Positions 50,900-59,417 of a DNA stretch of 64,000 nucleotides are shown one piece after another. Location of the stretch: positions 4,870 to 68,869 of the forward strand of contig JAURHQ010000002.1 of the NCBI GenBank assembly GCA_030833185.1, given 5' to 3'. The position numbers and the translations under genes are program-made. Under the pieces are notes generated by a model, which had not been told where the DNA came from, searched no databases, and was given only the letters and a program-made list of their open reading frames with translations. Every line of letters begins with the position of its first letter. The stretch's first letter is position 1. Source of the stretch: Gammaproteobacteria bacterium (GTDB lineage Bacteria > Pseudomonadota > Gammaproteobacteria > Ga0077536).

Positions 50900-52324
50900 T
50901 TAGAGCTTCACGTACTCGTAGGCCGAGGGCTGATTGTTGATGCCGCGATCCGGCGGCGCCAGCCAGCCGGCAATTTTGCCCGGCTCGACCACGCGCTGCA
51001 TGAGGCTGCGGACGTGGGCCCGGTCAGCCTCGGTCGGCAGCCAAGTGCTCAGGCTCTGGGCGTAAGCCTCGGCGCTGATCCGGCGGCCGGTAGGATCGGT
51101 AGGCACATTCGCCCACGCGCCGATGCCGCGATTGAAGCGGGTGGAGGGCAGGGTGAGTTCGATCTCATGGCCCGCGCGCTGAATCATCATGTTCCAGCGC
51201 TTCAGCCCCATGCCGCAGTCTTTCACGTAGGCGACGCGCGCCACTTCGTTCATGGCGTTGCGCATAGGGATGGATTCGGTGCCCTGACCGTCGTCGCCGA
51301 CCGGTACGGCCAGCTCGAACATGTCGTTCAGCGCAAGATGGTCGCTGTAGAGGCTCTCGTCCGGACGTCCCTTGATGCCGTTTGCGAAGCTCGACGCCGC
51401 GTTCGACGAGACCTCGGAGCCGAAAAGATCCAGCGACGAGGTGAACCAGAAATTGATGTAGCGCTGAATCAGCGGCAGGTCCATGGCGCCCGCCTGACGG
51501 ATGACCGCCGGATCGTCGGAACCGGTTTCCTTCATGACTTCCAAGGTGCGGCGAATGACCCGACCGAGTCCCGTTTCACCGACGAACATGTGATGCGCCT
51601 CTTCGGTCAGCATGAAGCGGCAGGTTCGGGCAAGCGGGTCAAAGGCCGATTCGGCCAGACTTTTCAGCTGATATTTGCCATCGCGATCGGTGAAGTAGGT
51701 GAAGCAGAAGAAGGACAGCCAGTCGTCGATCGGTTCGTTGAAAGTGCCGAGAATCCGGGGCTTGTCGACGTCGCCCGAGTGGCGCGCCAGCAGTTCTTCT
51801 GCCTCTTCGCGGCCGTCGCGACCGAAGTAGGCGTGGAGCAGGTACACCATTGCCCACAGGTGACGGCCTTCTTCTACGTTGACCTGAAACAAATTGCGCA
51901 AGTCGTACAGCGACGGGCAGACCCGACCCAGCAGGTGCTGCTGTTCGACCGAGGCGGGTTCGGTGTCCCCTTGGGTGACGATGAGGCGCCGGAACTGCGA
52001 GCGGAATTCGCCCGGCACCTGTTGCCATACGGGCTGGCCCATGAAATCGCCGAACCCGATCTTGCGCTCCGGATCGGCGTCGGCCAGAAAGATGCCCCAG
52101 CGATAGTCGGGCATCTTCACGTAGCCGTAGCTGGCCCAGCCTTCAGCATCCACCCCGACTGCCGTGCGGAGATAGACGTCGTTCTGCGCAAACTCCTTGG
52201 GGCCCATTTCGTCCCACCAGTTGAGGAAGCGCGGCTGCCAGTGTTCGAGCGCGCGCTGTAGCGTGCGGTCGTTCGACAGGTTCACGTTGTTGGGAATGCG
52301 GTCGGAAAGATTGACGCTGGACAT
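50900..52324 (-). CDS. boxB: benzoyl-CoA 2,3-epoxidase, diiron oxygenase subunit
   Basis: 474 aa. 'RIPNNVNLSNDRTLQRALEHWQPRFLNWW', 'TQGDTEPASVEQQ', 'EEGRHLW', 'LTEEAHHMF' (diiron carboxylate EXXH motifs). Confidence 0.93.
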   Translation of the reverse strand: MSSVNLSDRIPNNVNLSNDRTLQRALEHWQPRFLNWWDEMGPKEFAQNDVYLRTAVGVDAEGWASYGYVKMPDYRWGIFLADADPERKIGFGDFMGQPVWQQVPGEFRSQFRRLIVTQGDTEPASVEQQHLLGRVCPSLYDLRNLFQVNVEEGRHLWAMVYLLHAYFGRDGREEAEELLARHSGDVDKPRILGTFNEPIDDWLSFFCFTYFTDRDGKYQLKSLAESAFDPLARTCRFMLTEEAHHMFVGETGLGRVIRRTLEVMKETGSDDPAVIRQAGAMDLPLIQRYINFWFTSSLDLFGSEVSSNAASSFANGIKGRPDESLYSDHLALNDMFELAVPVGDDGQGTESIPMRNAMNEVARVAYVKDCGMGLKRWNMMIQRAGHEIELTLPSTRFNRGIGAWANVPTDPTGRRISAEAYAQSLSTWLPTEADRAHVRSLMQRVVEPGKIAGWLAPPDRGINNQPSAYEYVKL

Positions 52325-52390
52325 GCGGGCTTCCTCGCGAAGGGTTAGGTCACTCAGGGCTTTGAAATGAAATCATTCCGGGGCTGCGGC

Positions 52391-54058
52391 TTATACGCGC
52401 TCCCAGTTGAATTGGGCTTTGCTGCCGCTGCCAAACACCTTCAGCGCGCCCTGCTCGCCAACCGCGTTAGGGCGGATGAAGATCCAGTTCTGCCAGGCGG
52501 ATAGCCGGCCAAAAATGCGGGTTTCCATGGTTTCCTGACCGGGAAAACGTAAGGATGCTTCCATGCCGGTGAGGCTGTCGGGCGAGAAGCTGGTCCGCTC
52601 CTCGAAAAACACGCGCACCTCGTCGTCCCAGTCGATGTCGTCGGGCGCGTAGGTCACCAGACCCAGCGCGATCGCGCGGTCGGCGTCCAGCGCTTCGCCA
52701 ACGACCGCCTGAATGTCCGCCAGCGGGGTGGCATCGCCGCAGAAGCGGGTCAGGAGTCGGGTCTGATGGTTCACCATCGGAAGCGGCCCGAAGTTCATCG
52801 CCGACAGCGTGAGGGTCGGCGCGCTCGCAGGTTCGTCCGGCAGACTCAGCATGAAACTGCGGTCCGCTGCAAAGGCGAGTTCGGCCAAGGTGCCGGCAAA
52901 GCAGGCGTCGCGATCAATCAGCGCGAACATCGTGCGGGAAGAAACGTCCAGTCGGGCGAAGGTGCGGCGGAGCAGCCCCAGCGTTTCCTTCACCAGCCAG
53001 TCGCCGGCGTGCGCCAGCAGGCTCGCATCGGCGGCCAGCACGTGTGCCGGATTGCCGCTGGTGCGCAAGAGCCACGCGCCGACTTCCAGGTCGTTAGTCC
53101 GCAGCATCAGGATCGCGTCATCAAGTTCGCGCGCCAGCGCGAGCGGCCACCAGTCTGCGCCCTGGGCGTGAATGTCGGCGAGTGACGCCGGCGGCGCCTC
53201 GTCTGGTGCGCGCAGGGTGAGCGTGGCGGTGCGCGCCGCGCGGTTCAAGGCCACATCGACGTAGCGGTAGTGCAGGCCGGATTCGTCGGCGCTTCTGGTG
53301 AGTGGCGTTAGCGCAATCCCGACGCCAGCGCCGGGGCGCGTGCTCTGCGCCGCCAGCGCGGCCACCCGAGCGGCAACGGCATCCGCGAACTGGGCAGGCT
53401 TGGCGATGTGATCCACCAGCCCCCACTGTCGCGCGCGCTCGGCGCGTACGCCCTCGGTCGTGGTAGAGAAGACGTCCGCCAAATCGCGGCGCACGCGGCG
53501 CTTGTCGGTTACACGGGTCAGGCCGCCAGTGCCGGGCAGCACGCCGAGCAAGGGCACTTCGGGCAGGCTGACGGTGGAAGATCGATCGTCGACCATCAGG
53601 ATTTCGTCGCAGGCAAGCGCAAGCTCGTATCCGCCGCCGGCCACCGTGCCGTTTACCGCCGCCAGAAACTTGAGGCCATCGGCGCTCGAATCTTCAATGC
53701 CGTTGCGGGTTTCGTTGGTGAATTTGCAGAAATTTACTTTCCACGCGTGGCTGGATTTGCCCAGCATGTAGATGTTGGCGCCCGAGCAGAACATGCGCTC
53801 CTTCGCGCTGGTCATGACCACGACCTTCACTTCCGGATGTTCGAAGCGCACGCGTTGAAGCGCGTCGTACAGCTCGATATCTACGCCGAGGTCGTAGGAA
53901 TTGAGTTTCAGCTTGTAGCCGGGCGCAATGCCGCTGTCTTCGTTGACATCCATCGACAGGGTTGCGACCTCGCCGTCGTAGCGCACTTTCCAGTGCTGGT
54001 ATTGCGCCGGGTCACGGTCATAGGTCACGTGGAGCGTCTGATTAGCGGTGTCGGACAT
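52391..54058 (-). CDS. boxC: 2,3-epoxybenzoyl-CoA dihydrolase (ring-cleaving, crotonase superfamily)
   Basis: About 555 aa, 'YQHWKVRYDGEVATLSMDV', 'FCSGANIYML', tandem enoyl-CoA hydratase-like halves. Start trimmed to ATG 54058 (MSDTANQ). Confidence 0.9.
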   Translation of the reverse strand: MSDTANQTLHVTYDRDPAQYQHWKVRYDGEVATLSMDVNEDSGIAPGYKLKLNSYDLGVDIELYDALQRVRFEHPEVKVVVMTSAKERMFCSGANIYMLGKSSHAWKVNFCKFTNETRNGIEDSSADGLKFLAAVNGTVAGGGYELALACDEILMVDDRSSTVSLPEVPLLGVLPGTGGLTRVTDKRRVRRDLADVFSTTTEGVRAERARQWGLVDHIAKPAQFADAVAARVAALAAQSTRPGAGVGIALTPLTRSADESGLHYRYVDVALNRAARTATLTLRAPDEAPPASLADIHAQGADWWPLALARELDDAILMLRTNDLEVGAWLLRTSGNPAHVLAADASLLAHAGDWLVKETLGLLRRTFARLDVSSRTMFALIDRDACFAGTLAELAFAADRSFMLSLPDEPASAPTLTLSAMNFGPLPMVNHQTRLLTRFCGDATPLADIQAVVGEALDADRAIALGLVTYAPDDIDWDDEVRVFFEERTSFSPDSLTGMEASLRFPGQETMETRIFGRLSAWQNWIFIRPNAVGEQGALKVFGSGSKAQFNWERV

Positions 54059-54074
54059 TGCAAAGCCTCGGAAA

Positions 54075-54962
54075 TTAAGCGGTCTGGGTGATGGTCTCGA
54101 CCAGCAGTTGGTAACTGCGCTCGAGATCAAGGCCCGTGGTTTCGACGGTGCAGTCGGCCTGCGCGTACAGCTGCGCGCGGGCGTCGAGAATGCGTTTCAG
54201 GTCTTCCATGGCCGCAGCGTTGCCGGCCATCGGGCGGGTATCGCCCTGCGCGACGACGCGTGCCATGTGTTCTTCCGGCGCAGCCTGCAGCCAGACGCAC
54301 AGGCAGCTGCTAAGCAGCAGATCGTAGGTGGCGGGTTCGGTCACGATGCTCCCGCCCGTGGCGATGACGCAGCGCGCCTCGCGCTCCAGGATTTGTTCAA
54401 GGCAGCGCCGCTCCAGGCGTCTGTAGCCGGCCTGTCCGTAAAGCAGGAATACTTCGGAAAGCGGCATGCCGGCGGCTTTCTCGATTGCTTTGTCGAGCTC
54501 CACAAACGGACAGCCCAGCTTTTTGGCGAGTCGTTTGCCCAGCGATGATTTGCCGGCGCCGCGCAGGCCGGTGAGGGCTATCCGCGATCGACGGTGCTCG
54601 TCGGCCCGGCCCAGTTCGGCGGCAAGCTTTTTGCGGAGTTCGCGCAGTTGCCCCTCGCTCTGGCTGCGGAGCAGTCGGAGCAGCAGTGTGGTTTGTTCGG
54701 TTTCTGCGGGCGCCTCGTGCAACAGGCTGACGATAGGAAGGCCCAGCGCGTCGGCCAGTTTTTGCAACACCAGCACCGACGGGTTGGCCTGACCGGCTTC
54801 AAGTTGCGCAAGGTAGCGTTCCGAGACCTGCGAGTGCAGGGCGAGGAGCTTGCGCGTCATGCCTCGGCCGGCGCGTGCTTCGCGCAGGCGCAGCCCCAGC
54901 ACCTCGAGCAGACCGTCGTCTGCCGCGGGCTCAGCGCTACGAAGCAAGCCGGTTGGTTTCAT
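54075..54962 (-). CDS. boxR: BoxR/BzdR-type regulator: XRE helix-turn-helix fused to a shikimate-kinase-like domain
   Basis: HTH 'MTRKLLALHSQVSERYLAQLEAGQANPSVLVLQKLADAL'. P-loop 'LTGLRGAGKSSLGKRLA' and a shikimate-kinase-like remainder. Directly upstream of boxC. Confidence 0.85.
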   Translation of the reverse strand: MKPTGLLRSAEPAADDGLLEVLGLRLREARAGRGMTRKLLALHSQVSERYLAQLEAGQANPSVLVLQKLADALGLPIVSLLHEAPAETEQTTLLLRLLRSQSEGQLRELRKKLAAELGRADEHRRSRIALTGLRGAGKSSLGKRLAKKLGCPFVELDKAIEKAAGMPLSEVFLLYGQAGYRRLERRCLEQILEREARCVIATGGSIVTEPATYDLLLSSCLCVWLQAAPEEHMARVVAQGDTRPMAGNAAAMEDLKRILDARAQLYAQADCTVETTGLDLERSYQLLVETITQTA

Positions 54963-54966
54963 GAAT

Positions 54967-55000
54967 TATATTGCGAGTGCCTCTGTGAGCCGGCAATATA
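54967..55000. promoter_or_regulatory. AT-rich inverted repeat TATATTGC-N18-GCAATATA in the boxR/flavodoxin divergent region (candidate operator and -10 elements)
   Basis: Perfect 8-bp arms at 54967-54974 and 54993-55000, in an 82-bp intergenic region that is conspicuously AT-rich for this sequence. A TGCA lies just downstream (55002-55005). Confidence 0.35.
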
Positions 55001-55044
55001 GTGCAACTTTGAACCACCCCACAACCCGGGCATAAAGGCTTTCC

Positions 55045-55527
55045 ATGACACGCGCGCTCACGATTCTTGTAGGCACCACGACCGGCAACGCGCAGTACTG
55101 CGCCGAGGAGTCTGCGTTCCGCGCGCAGGCGCTGGAAATTGCGGCCGAGGTCAAACCCATGGACGGGCTGGACGCCAGCGTGTTCGTGCCAGGGCAGACG
55201 TATCTGTTGTGTATCTCGACCTATGGCCAAGGTGATGTGCCCGATAACGCGCGCGGCGTCTACGAGACCCTGATTCGCGACAAGCCGGCGCTGAGCGGCG
55301 TTCGCTACGGCATCGTCTCGCTCGGTGACAGCTCGCACGCCCAGACGTTCTGCTTTGCGGGGCGGCGCTTCGACAACGCTTTGAGCAAGTTAGGCGCGGT
55401 GCGAGTGGGCGAGATTCTCAATCACGACGCGTCCTCCGGTACGATGCCGGAAGAAGCCACCGCCGAATGGGCGATGGCCTGGTTGGCGCAGGCCTTTGAG
55501 GGTGAGTCGACAGCGCCCGCGCAGTAA
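55045..55527 (+). CDS. flavodoxin-domain (FMN-binding) protein
   Basis: 'LTILVGTTTGNAQYCAEE', 'LLCISTYGQGDVPDN', 'YGIVSLGDSSH'. MioC / sulfite-reductase-alpha FMN-domain-like, 160 aa. Confidence 0.8.
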   Translation: MTRALTILVGTTTGNAQYCAEESAFRAQALEIAAEVKPMDGLDASVFVPGQTYLLCISTYGQGDVPDNARGVYETLIRDKPALSGVRYGIVSLGDSSHAQTFCFAGRRFDNALSKLGAVRVGEILNHDASSGTMPEEATAEWAMAWLAQAFEGESTAPAQ

Positions 55528-55558
55528 TCATCTTGCGAGTTCGAAAGCGCAGCGATTC

Positions 55559-57139
55559 ATGCCCACACTTTCTTCCTTTCTTCAGACTGACGATGGGCTA
55601 AAGCTCGTCGTTCCACGCGATTACAACGCCGCCTTCGATTTAATCGAGCGCAACCTCGTGGCCGGTCGCGCCGACAAGTTGGCGTACATCGACGACCGGG
55701 GGAGCTACACCTACGGCGAACTCGCCGCGCGGGTGAATCAGGCTGCCAACGCGCTGACGGCGCTGGGTTTGCGGGCCGAAGAGCGCGTGATGCTGCTGCT
55801 TTACGACGGCATCGATTTTCCCGCGGTGTTTCTGGGGGCAATCAAAGCGGGGATCGTGCCCATTGCGGCCAATACGCTGCTCACGTCGCGCGACTATGAA
55901 TTCATGTTGCGAGACAGTCGGGCCCGGGCGCTGGTGATCGCTGCGCCGCTATTGCCAACGGTGGCGCCGATGCTGGCCGCGTTACCGCATTTGCAACACG
56001 TTGTCGTGGCCGGTGAAGAGACCGCGGCTGGCCCCGAGCTTGGGCGTCTCATGGCGGGCGTGTCGACGCTGTTCGAGGCCGCCGCCACCACTGCCGATGA
56101 CGCCTGCTTCTGGCTTTATTCTTCGGGCTCGACCGGTACGCCGAAGGGCACCGTGCATCTGCACGCGAGCATGATTCAAACGGCCGAGCTCTATGCGCGA
56201 CAAACGCTGGGTTTGCGCGAAGACGACCTCGTTTTCTCTGCCGCCAAGCTGTTTTTTGCGTATGGTCTTGGTAACGCGCTGAGTTTTCCATTGGCGATCG
56301 GCGCCACCACCGTGCTGATGGCCGAGCGCCCGACGCCGGAAGCCGTATTCCGTCGCCTGAGCGAATACAAACCGACCGTGTTCTGCGGCGTGCCCACGCT
56401 TTACGCGGCCATGCTGGCCTACCCTGAAAAGCCTTCTCGTGAGCAACTCGCGCTACGCGTGTGCACGAGCGCTGGGGAGGCCTTACCGGCTGATGTCGGA
56501 CGGCGCTTTGCCGAGCGTTACGGGGTCGATGTGCTGGATGGCATCGGTTCAACCGAAATGTTGCACATCTTCCTGTCGAACCGACCCGGAGAAGTCCGCT
56601 ATGGAACGACCGGCAAGCCGGTGCCGGGCTATCGCGTTCGTCTGATCGGTGACGATGGTCATGAGGTGGCGCCTGGCGAACTGGGTGAACTCCAGATAGC
56701 AGGGCCGACCAGCGCGCAGATGTACTGGAATAATCGCGAGCGCTCGCGAGAGACCTTTGTCGGTGAGTGGACGCGCGCGGGTGATAAATACAGCGTCGAT
56801 CCTGATGGCTATTTTGTGTACGGCGGTCGCTCGGACGACATGATGAAAGTGAGCGGTCAGTACGTGTCGCCGTTTGAGGTCGAAGCTGCGCTCTGCTCGC
56901 ACGACGCGGTATTGGAATCTGCGGTGGTGGGCGCCGAGGACGATGACGGACTGACCAAGCCGAAGGCGTTTGTGGTGCTACAGGCCGGGCAGAGCGGCCA
57001 CCAGGCGCTGGCGGATGGACTAAGGGCGCATGTGAAATCTCAGCTTGCGCCGCATAAATACCCGCGCTGGATCGAATTTGTGACGGAATTGCCGAAGACC
57101 GCGACTGGCAAGATTCAGCGGTTCAAGCTGCGCCAGTAA
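55559..57139 (+). CDS. bclA: benzoate-CoA ligase (AMP-forming acyl-CoA synthetase)
   Basis: AMP-binding 'WLYSSGSTGTPKG', 'YGGRSDDMMKVSG', C-terminal 'PKTATGKIQRFKLR'. box-cluster context. Start trimmed to ATG 55559. Confidence 0.88.
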   Translation: MPTLSSFLQTDDGLKLVVPRDYNAAFDLIERNLVAGRADKLAYIDDRGSYTYGELAARVNQAANALTALGLRAEERVMLLLYDGIDFPAVFLGAIKAGIVPIAANTLLTSRDYEFMLRDSRARALVIAAPLLPTVAPMLAALPHLQHVVVAGEETAAGPELGRLMAGVSTLFEAAATTADDACFWLYSSGSTGTPKGTVHLHASMIQTAELYARQTLGLREDDLVFSAAKLFFAYGLGNALSFPLAIGATTVLMAERPTPEAVFRRLSEYKPTVFCGVPTLYAAMLAYPEKPSREQLALRVCTSAGEALPADVGRRFAERYGVDVLDGIGSTEMLHIFLSNRPGEVRYGTTGKPVPGYRVRLIGDDGHEVAPGELGELQIAGPTSAQMYWNNRERSRETFVGEWTRAGDKYSVDPDGYFVYGGRSDDMMKVSGQYVSPFEVEAALCSHDAVLESAVVGAEDDDGLTKPKAFVVLQAGQSGHQALADGLRAHVKSQLAPHKYPRWIEFVTELPKTATGKIQRFKLRQ

Positions 57140-57143
57140 GCGA

Positions 57144-57569
57144 TCACGGCAGCAGGGTGCAGGCGCCTGGGTGATATCTCGCGTCGAATTTGTGCCACCG
57201 GCCTGATGGGACCCTGACAAAGAAGACGCCCCGGTCGACCGTCGTGTAGCGAACCACCAGATCTCGGCTGCGCCGGCAGATCTCGCCGCCGAGCGCGGTC
57301 TTGTCCTTCCGGCAGGTCTTAAGGCTGCCACCAAACTGTGAACTCACCAGCCCGTTGCCGGAGATTTCAATCTCGCCGCGCGTTCCGCCGGCCGACAACG
57401 CCGATTCAAATGCCGCCGCTGAAATCTCGGGGCACGGTTGGGACGGCTGATTGAACTTGCTGCAGGCAGTAAGTCCGGCGACGCTCATGAGGATGAGACA
57501 GACTGAGATGGCCGCGCGCTGTGCGGCAGGGAGACCTGAGCGATATGGCCTGAAGTGTTTAGGTTTCAT
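57144..57569 (-). CDS. hypothetical lipoprotein
   Basis: Lipobox 'SVAGLTAC' after a hydrophobic stretch, with four further Cys in the mature part. Start trimmed to ATG 57569, because the longer ORF (to 57881) runs through the tRNA gene. Confidence 0.5.
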   Translation of the reverse strand: MKPKHFRPYRSGLPAAQRAAISVCLILMSVAGLTACSKFNQPSQPCPEISAAAFESALSAGGTRGEIEISGNGLVSSQFGGSLKTCRKDKTALGGEICRRSRDLVVRYTTVDRGVFFVRVPSGRWHKFDARYHPGACTLLP

Positions 57570-57616
57570 CGCGAATAAGCCTCCCTGCGGGGTGGCGTCA
57601 TGGCGCGCGGAAAGAG

Positions 57617-57690
57617 TGGCTGGGGGACTAGGATTCGAACCTAGACTGACGGAGTCAGAGTCCGTTGTCCTACCGTTAGACGATCCCCCA
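57617..57690 (-). tRNA. tRNA-Gln (anticodon CTG), CCA encoded
   Basis: The reverse complement reads TGGGGGATCGTCTAACGGTAGGACAACGGACTCTGACTCCGTCAGTCTAGGTTCGAATCCTAGTCCCCCAGCCA. It has a 7-bp acceptor stem, anticodon loop CTCTGAC and T-loop GGTTCGAATCC. Confidence 0.95.
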
Positions 57691-57774
57691 GTAGGGCCGA
57701 CAGCGCGAAGAGGGTAGCCCAATTCGCGCGTGCTCTCCATCTGTTTGGCAAGAGCCTCGACACTCCTGCCACAG

Positions 57775-57793
57775 GCCGCCCCGGGAGGGCGGC
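57775..57793 (-). terminator. GC hairpin downstream of rpsI (GCCGCCC-n5-GGGCGGC)
   Basis: 7-bp perfect stem ending 11 nt after the rpsI stop on the minus strand. No clear U-tract. Confidence 0.45.
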
Positions 57794-57804
57794 ACGAAGA
57801 GGCT

Positions 57805-58197
57805 TTAGCGCTTGCTGTACTGCGGACGCTTGCGCGCCTTCCGCAGGCCAACTTTCTTACGTTCCACTTCACGCGCATCACGCGTCACGAAACCAGCGGC
57901 CCGCAGCGGCCGACGCAGGGTTTCATCGTAGGCCATGAGCGCGCGGGTAATGCCGAGACGCAAGGCGCCGGCTTGGCCGGAAATACCGCCGCCGACGACC
58001 GATGCATTGATGTCGAAGCTATGCTCCAGCGCAGAGGCGACCAGCGGCTGGCGCACAATCATGCGGGAGGTTTCGCGGCCGAAGTATTCGTCCAGGCTGC
58101 GACCGTTGATTTTGATGTTGCCACTTCCGCGCGCCATGAAGACGCGGGCGGTGGAGCTTTTGCGGCGGCCAGTGCTGTAGTAGGTCTCGGTAGCCAT
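57805..58197 (-). CDS. rpsI: 30S ribosomal protein S9
   Basis: '[15 protein letters not shown]', ending '[12 protein letters not shown]'. Confidence 0.98.
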   Translation of the reverse strand: MATETYYSTGRRKSSTARVFMARGSGNIKINGRSLDEYFGRETSRMIVRQPLVASALEHSFDINASVVGGGISGQAGALRLGITRALMAYDETLRRPLRAAGFVTRDAREVERKKVGLRKARKRPQYSKR

Positions 58198-58203
58198 AGT
58201 GAC

Positions 58204-58632
58204 TTACAGTTCCAGAGGTTGGGGCTGTTGGGCGGCGTGCTCGTGCGTGGCACCAGCGTAAATTTTGAGCTTGCGCGCCATCGCGCGACCCAGCGGGCCT
58301 TTCGGCAACATGCCTTTGACCGCGCGTTGCAGCGCCGAGCCCGGCGCTTTCTGCTGCAGTTTCTCGAAGGAAATCTGCTTCATACCACCCGGGTAGCCGG
58401 AGTGGTCGTAGTAGAACTTGTCTGAGGTCTTGGCACCGGTCACGCGGATTTTGTCCACGTTGACCACGATGATGTAGTCGCCGGTGTCCATGTGCGGGGT
58501 GAAGATCGGCTTGTGCTTGCCGCGCAGTCTGCTGGCGATGCCGGTGGCGAGGCGGCCGAGCACTTTGTCGGTAGCATCGATGACAAACCAGTCACGCGTG
58601 ATGGTTGATGGGGTAGCCGTAAACGTCTTCAT
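58204..58632 (-). CDS. rplM: 50S ribosomal protein L13
   Basis: '[20 protein letters not shown]', '[23 protein letters not shown]'. Confidence 0.98.
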   Translation of the reverse strand: MKTFTATPSTITRDWFVIDATDKVLGRLATGIASRLRGKHKPIFTPHMDTGDYIIVVNVDKIRVTGAKTSDKFYYDHSGYPGGMKQISFEKLQQKAPGSALQRAVKGMLPKGPLGRAMARKLKIYAGATHEHAAQQPQPLEL

Positions 58633-58762
58633 GATTGCGCCCGCTCGAAAAGAGCGGCAATGTTACGGACGACCCTTTTTGATGTCAACGAAAAGGGACT
58701 GTCTATCCACCTGTTTTGATTGATGTTTGAACAAGCCCTCGAGGGCTGGAGTCAAGCGACTG

Positions 58763-59407
58763 ATGGCACAGCGTAAATACCGCATCACCGACCGCCTGAT
58801 GATGGCTCTGGATGGCTTGCTCAGGGCCGACGCACCGGAGTCATCAGGGGCAGATGTCCCCTCGCCCGCGGTGGCCATTGCCGACAGCGTGCTTGCGGGC
58901 AAGGCAAACGCCGAGTCCGCCAGACTCATGCGGGTGAATCATACCGGTGAAATCTGCGCGCAGGCGCTTTATTTGGCGCAGGCCTCACTCGCCCGGGCGG
59001 AAGCTACCCGCCAGATGTTGGAAAACGCCGCGCAGGAAGAGCGCACTCACCTCCGTTGGTGTGCCCAGCGTCTGGAGGAACTGCAGGCCTCTCCCAGTCA
59101 TCTCAACGGCGTCTGGTTCGCGGGCGCGTATGTGCTTGGGCTGGCCTCGGCCGCCGCCGGTGACAGCGTTAGCCTTGGTTTCCTTGAGGAAACCGAAAAG
59201 CAGGTCGTCGCCCACCTTGACGAGCATCTGGGCAAACTACCGGTGGCCGACCGCAAGTCGCGCGCAATCCTGCTGCAGATGCGGCGGGATGAAGCGCGCC
59301 ATGCCTCGCGGGCGGCATCGATGGGCGCGCGAGCTCTGCCGGCACCTGTACGAGGATTAATGCGAATCCAGGCGATGGTGATGAAAACCGTCGCCTCAAG
59401 AATCTGA
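58763..59407 (+). CDS. coq7: demethoxyubiquinone hydroxylase (diiron Coq7 family)
   Basis: 'RVNHTGEICAQALY', 'EERTHLRWC', 'ETEKQVVAHLDEHL', 'RRDEARH'. ATG 58763 preferred over the TTG at 58727. Confidence 0.9.
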   Translation: MAQRKYRITDRLMMALDGLLRADAPESSGADVPSPAVAIADSVLAGKANAESARLMRVNHTGEICAQALYLAQASLARAEATRQMLENAAQEERTHLRWCAQRLEELQASPSHLNGVWFAGAYVLGLASAAAGDSVSLGFLEETEKQVVAHLDEHLGKLPVADRKSRAILLQMRRDEARHASRAASMGARALPAPVRGLMRIQAMVMKTVASRI

Positions 59408-59417
59408 ACGGAATGAC

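Noticed and set aside
38224-57616. Accessory block (SoxYZ-like through the lipoprotein) as a tRNA-Gln-associated genomic island replacing the usual gene after thiL
   Set aside because: There is no integrase, transposase or phage gene. I could not find a direct repeat of the tRNA-Gln 3' end: the only match near 38.3 kb is a trivial 7-mer, 'aggattc'. I saw no obvious compositional shift by eye. It may still be lineage-specific, but a mobile origin is unsupported.
57144-57881. 245-aa minus-strand ORF spanning the tRNA-Gln gene
   Set aside because: It reads straight through the tRNA (57617-57690), and its N-terminal part is Arg/Ala-rich. Only the portion from ATG 57569 (signal peptide plus lipobox) was kept.
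58633-58762. Two small hairpins (CCGCTC-gaaaa-GAGCGG and CCCTTTT-n11-AAAAGGG) in the rplM/coq7 divergent region as a possible ribosomal-protein leader regulatory structure
   Set aside because: The stems are only 6-7 bp, I know of no recognised L13-leader consensus for this lineage, and they could equally be promoter-region noise. Worth an Rfam scan but not supportable from sequence alone.
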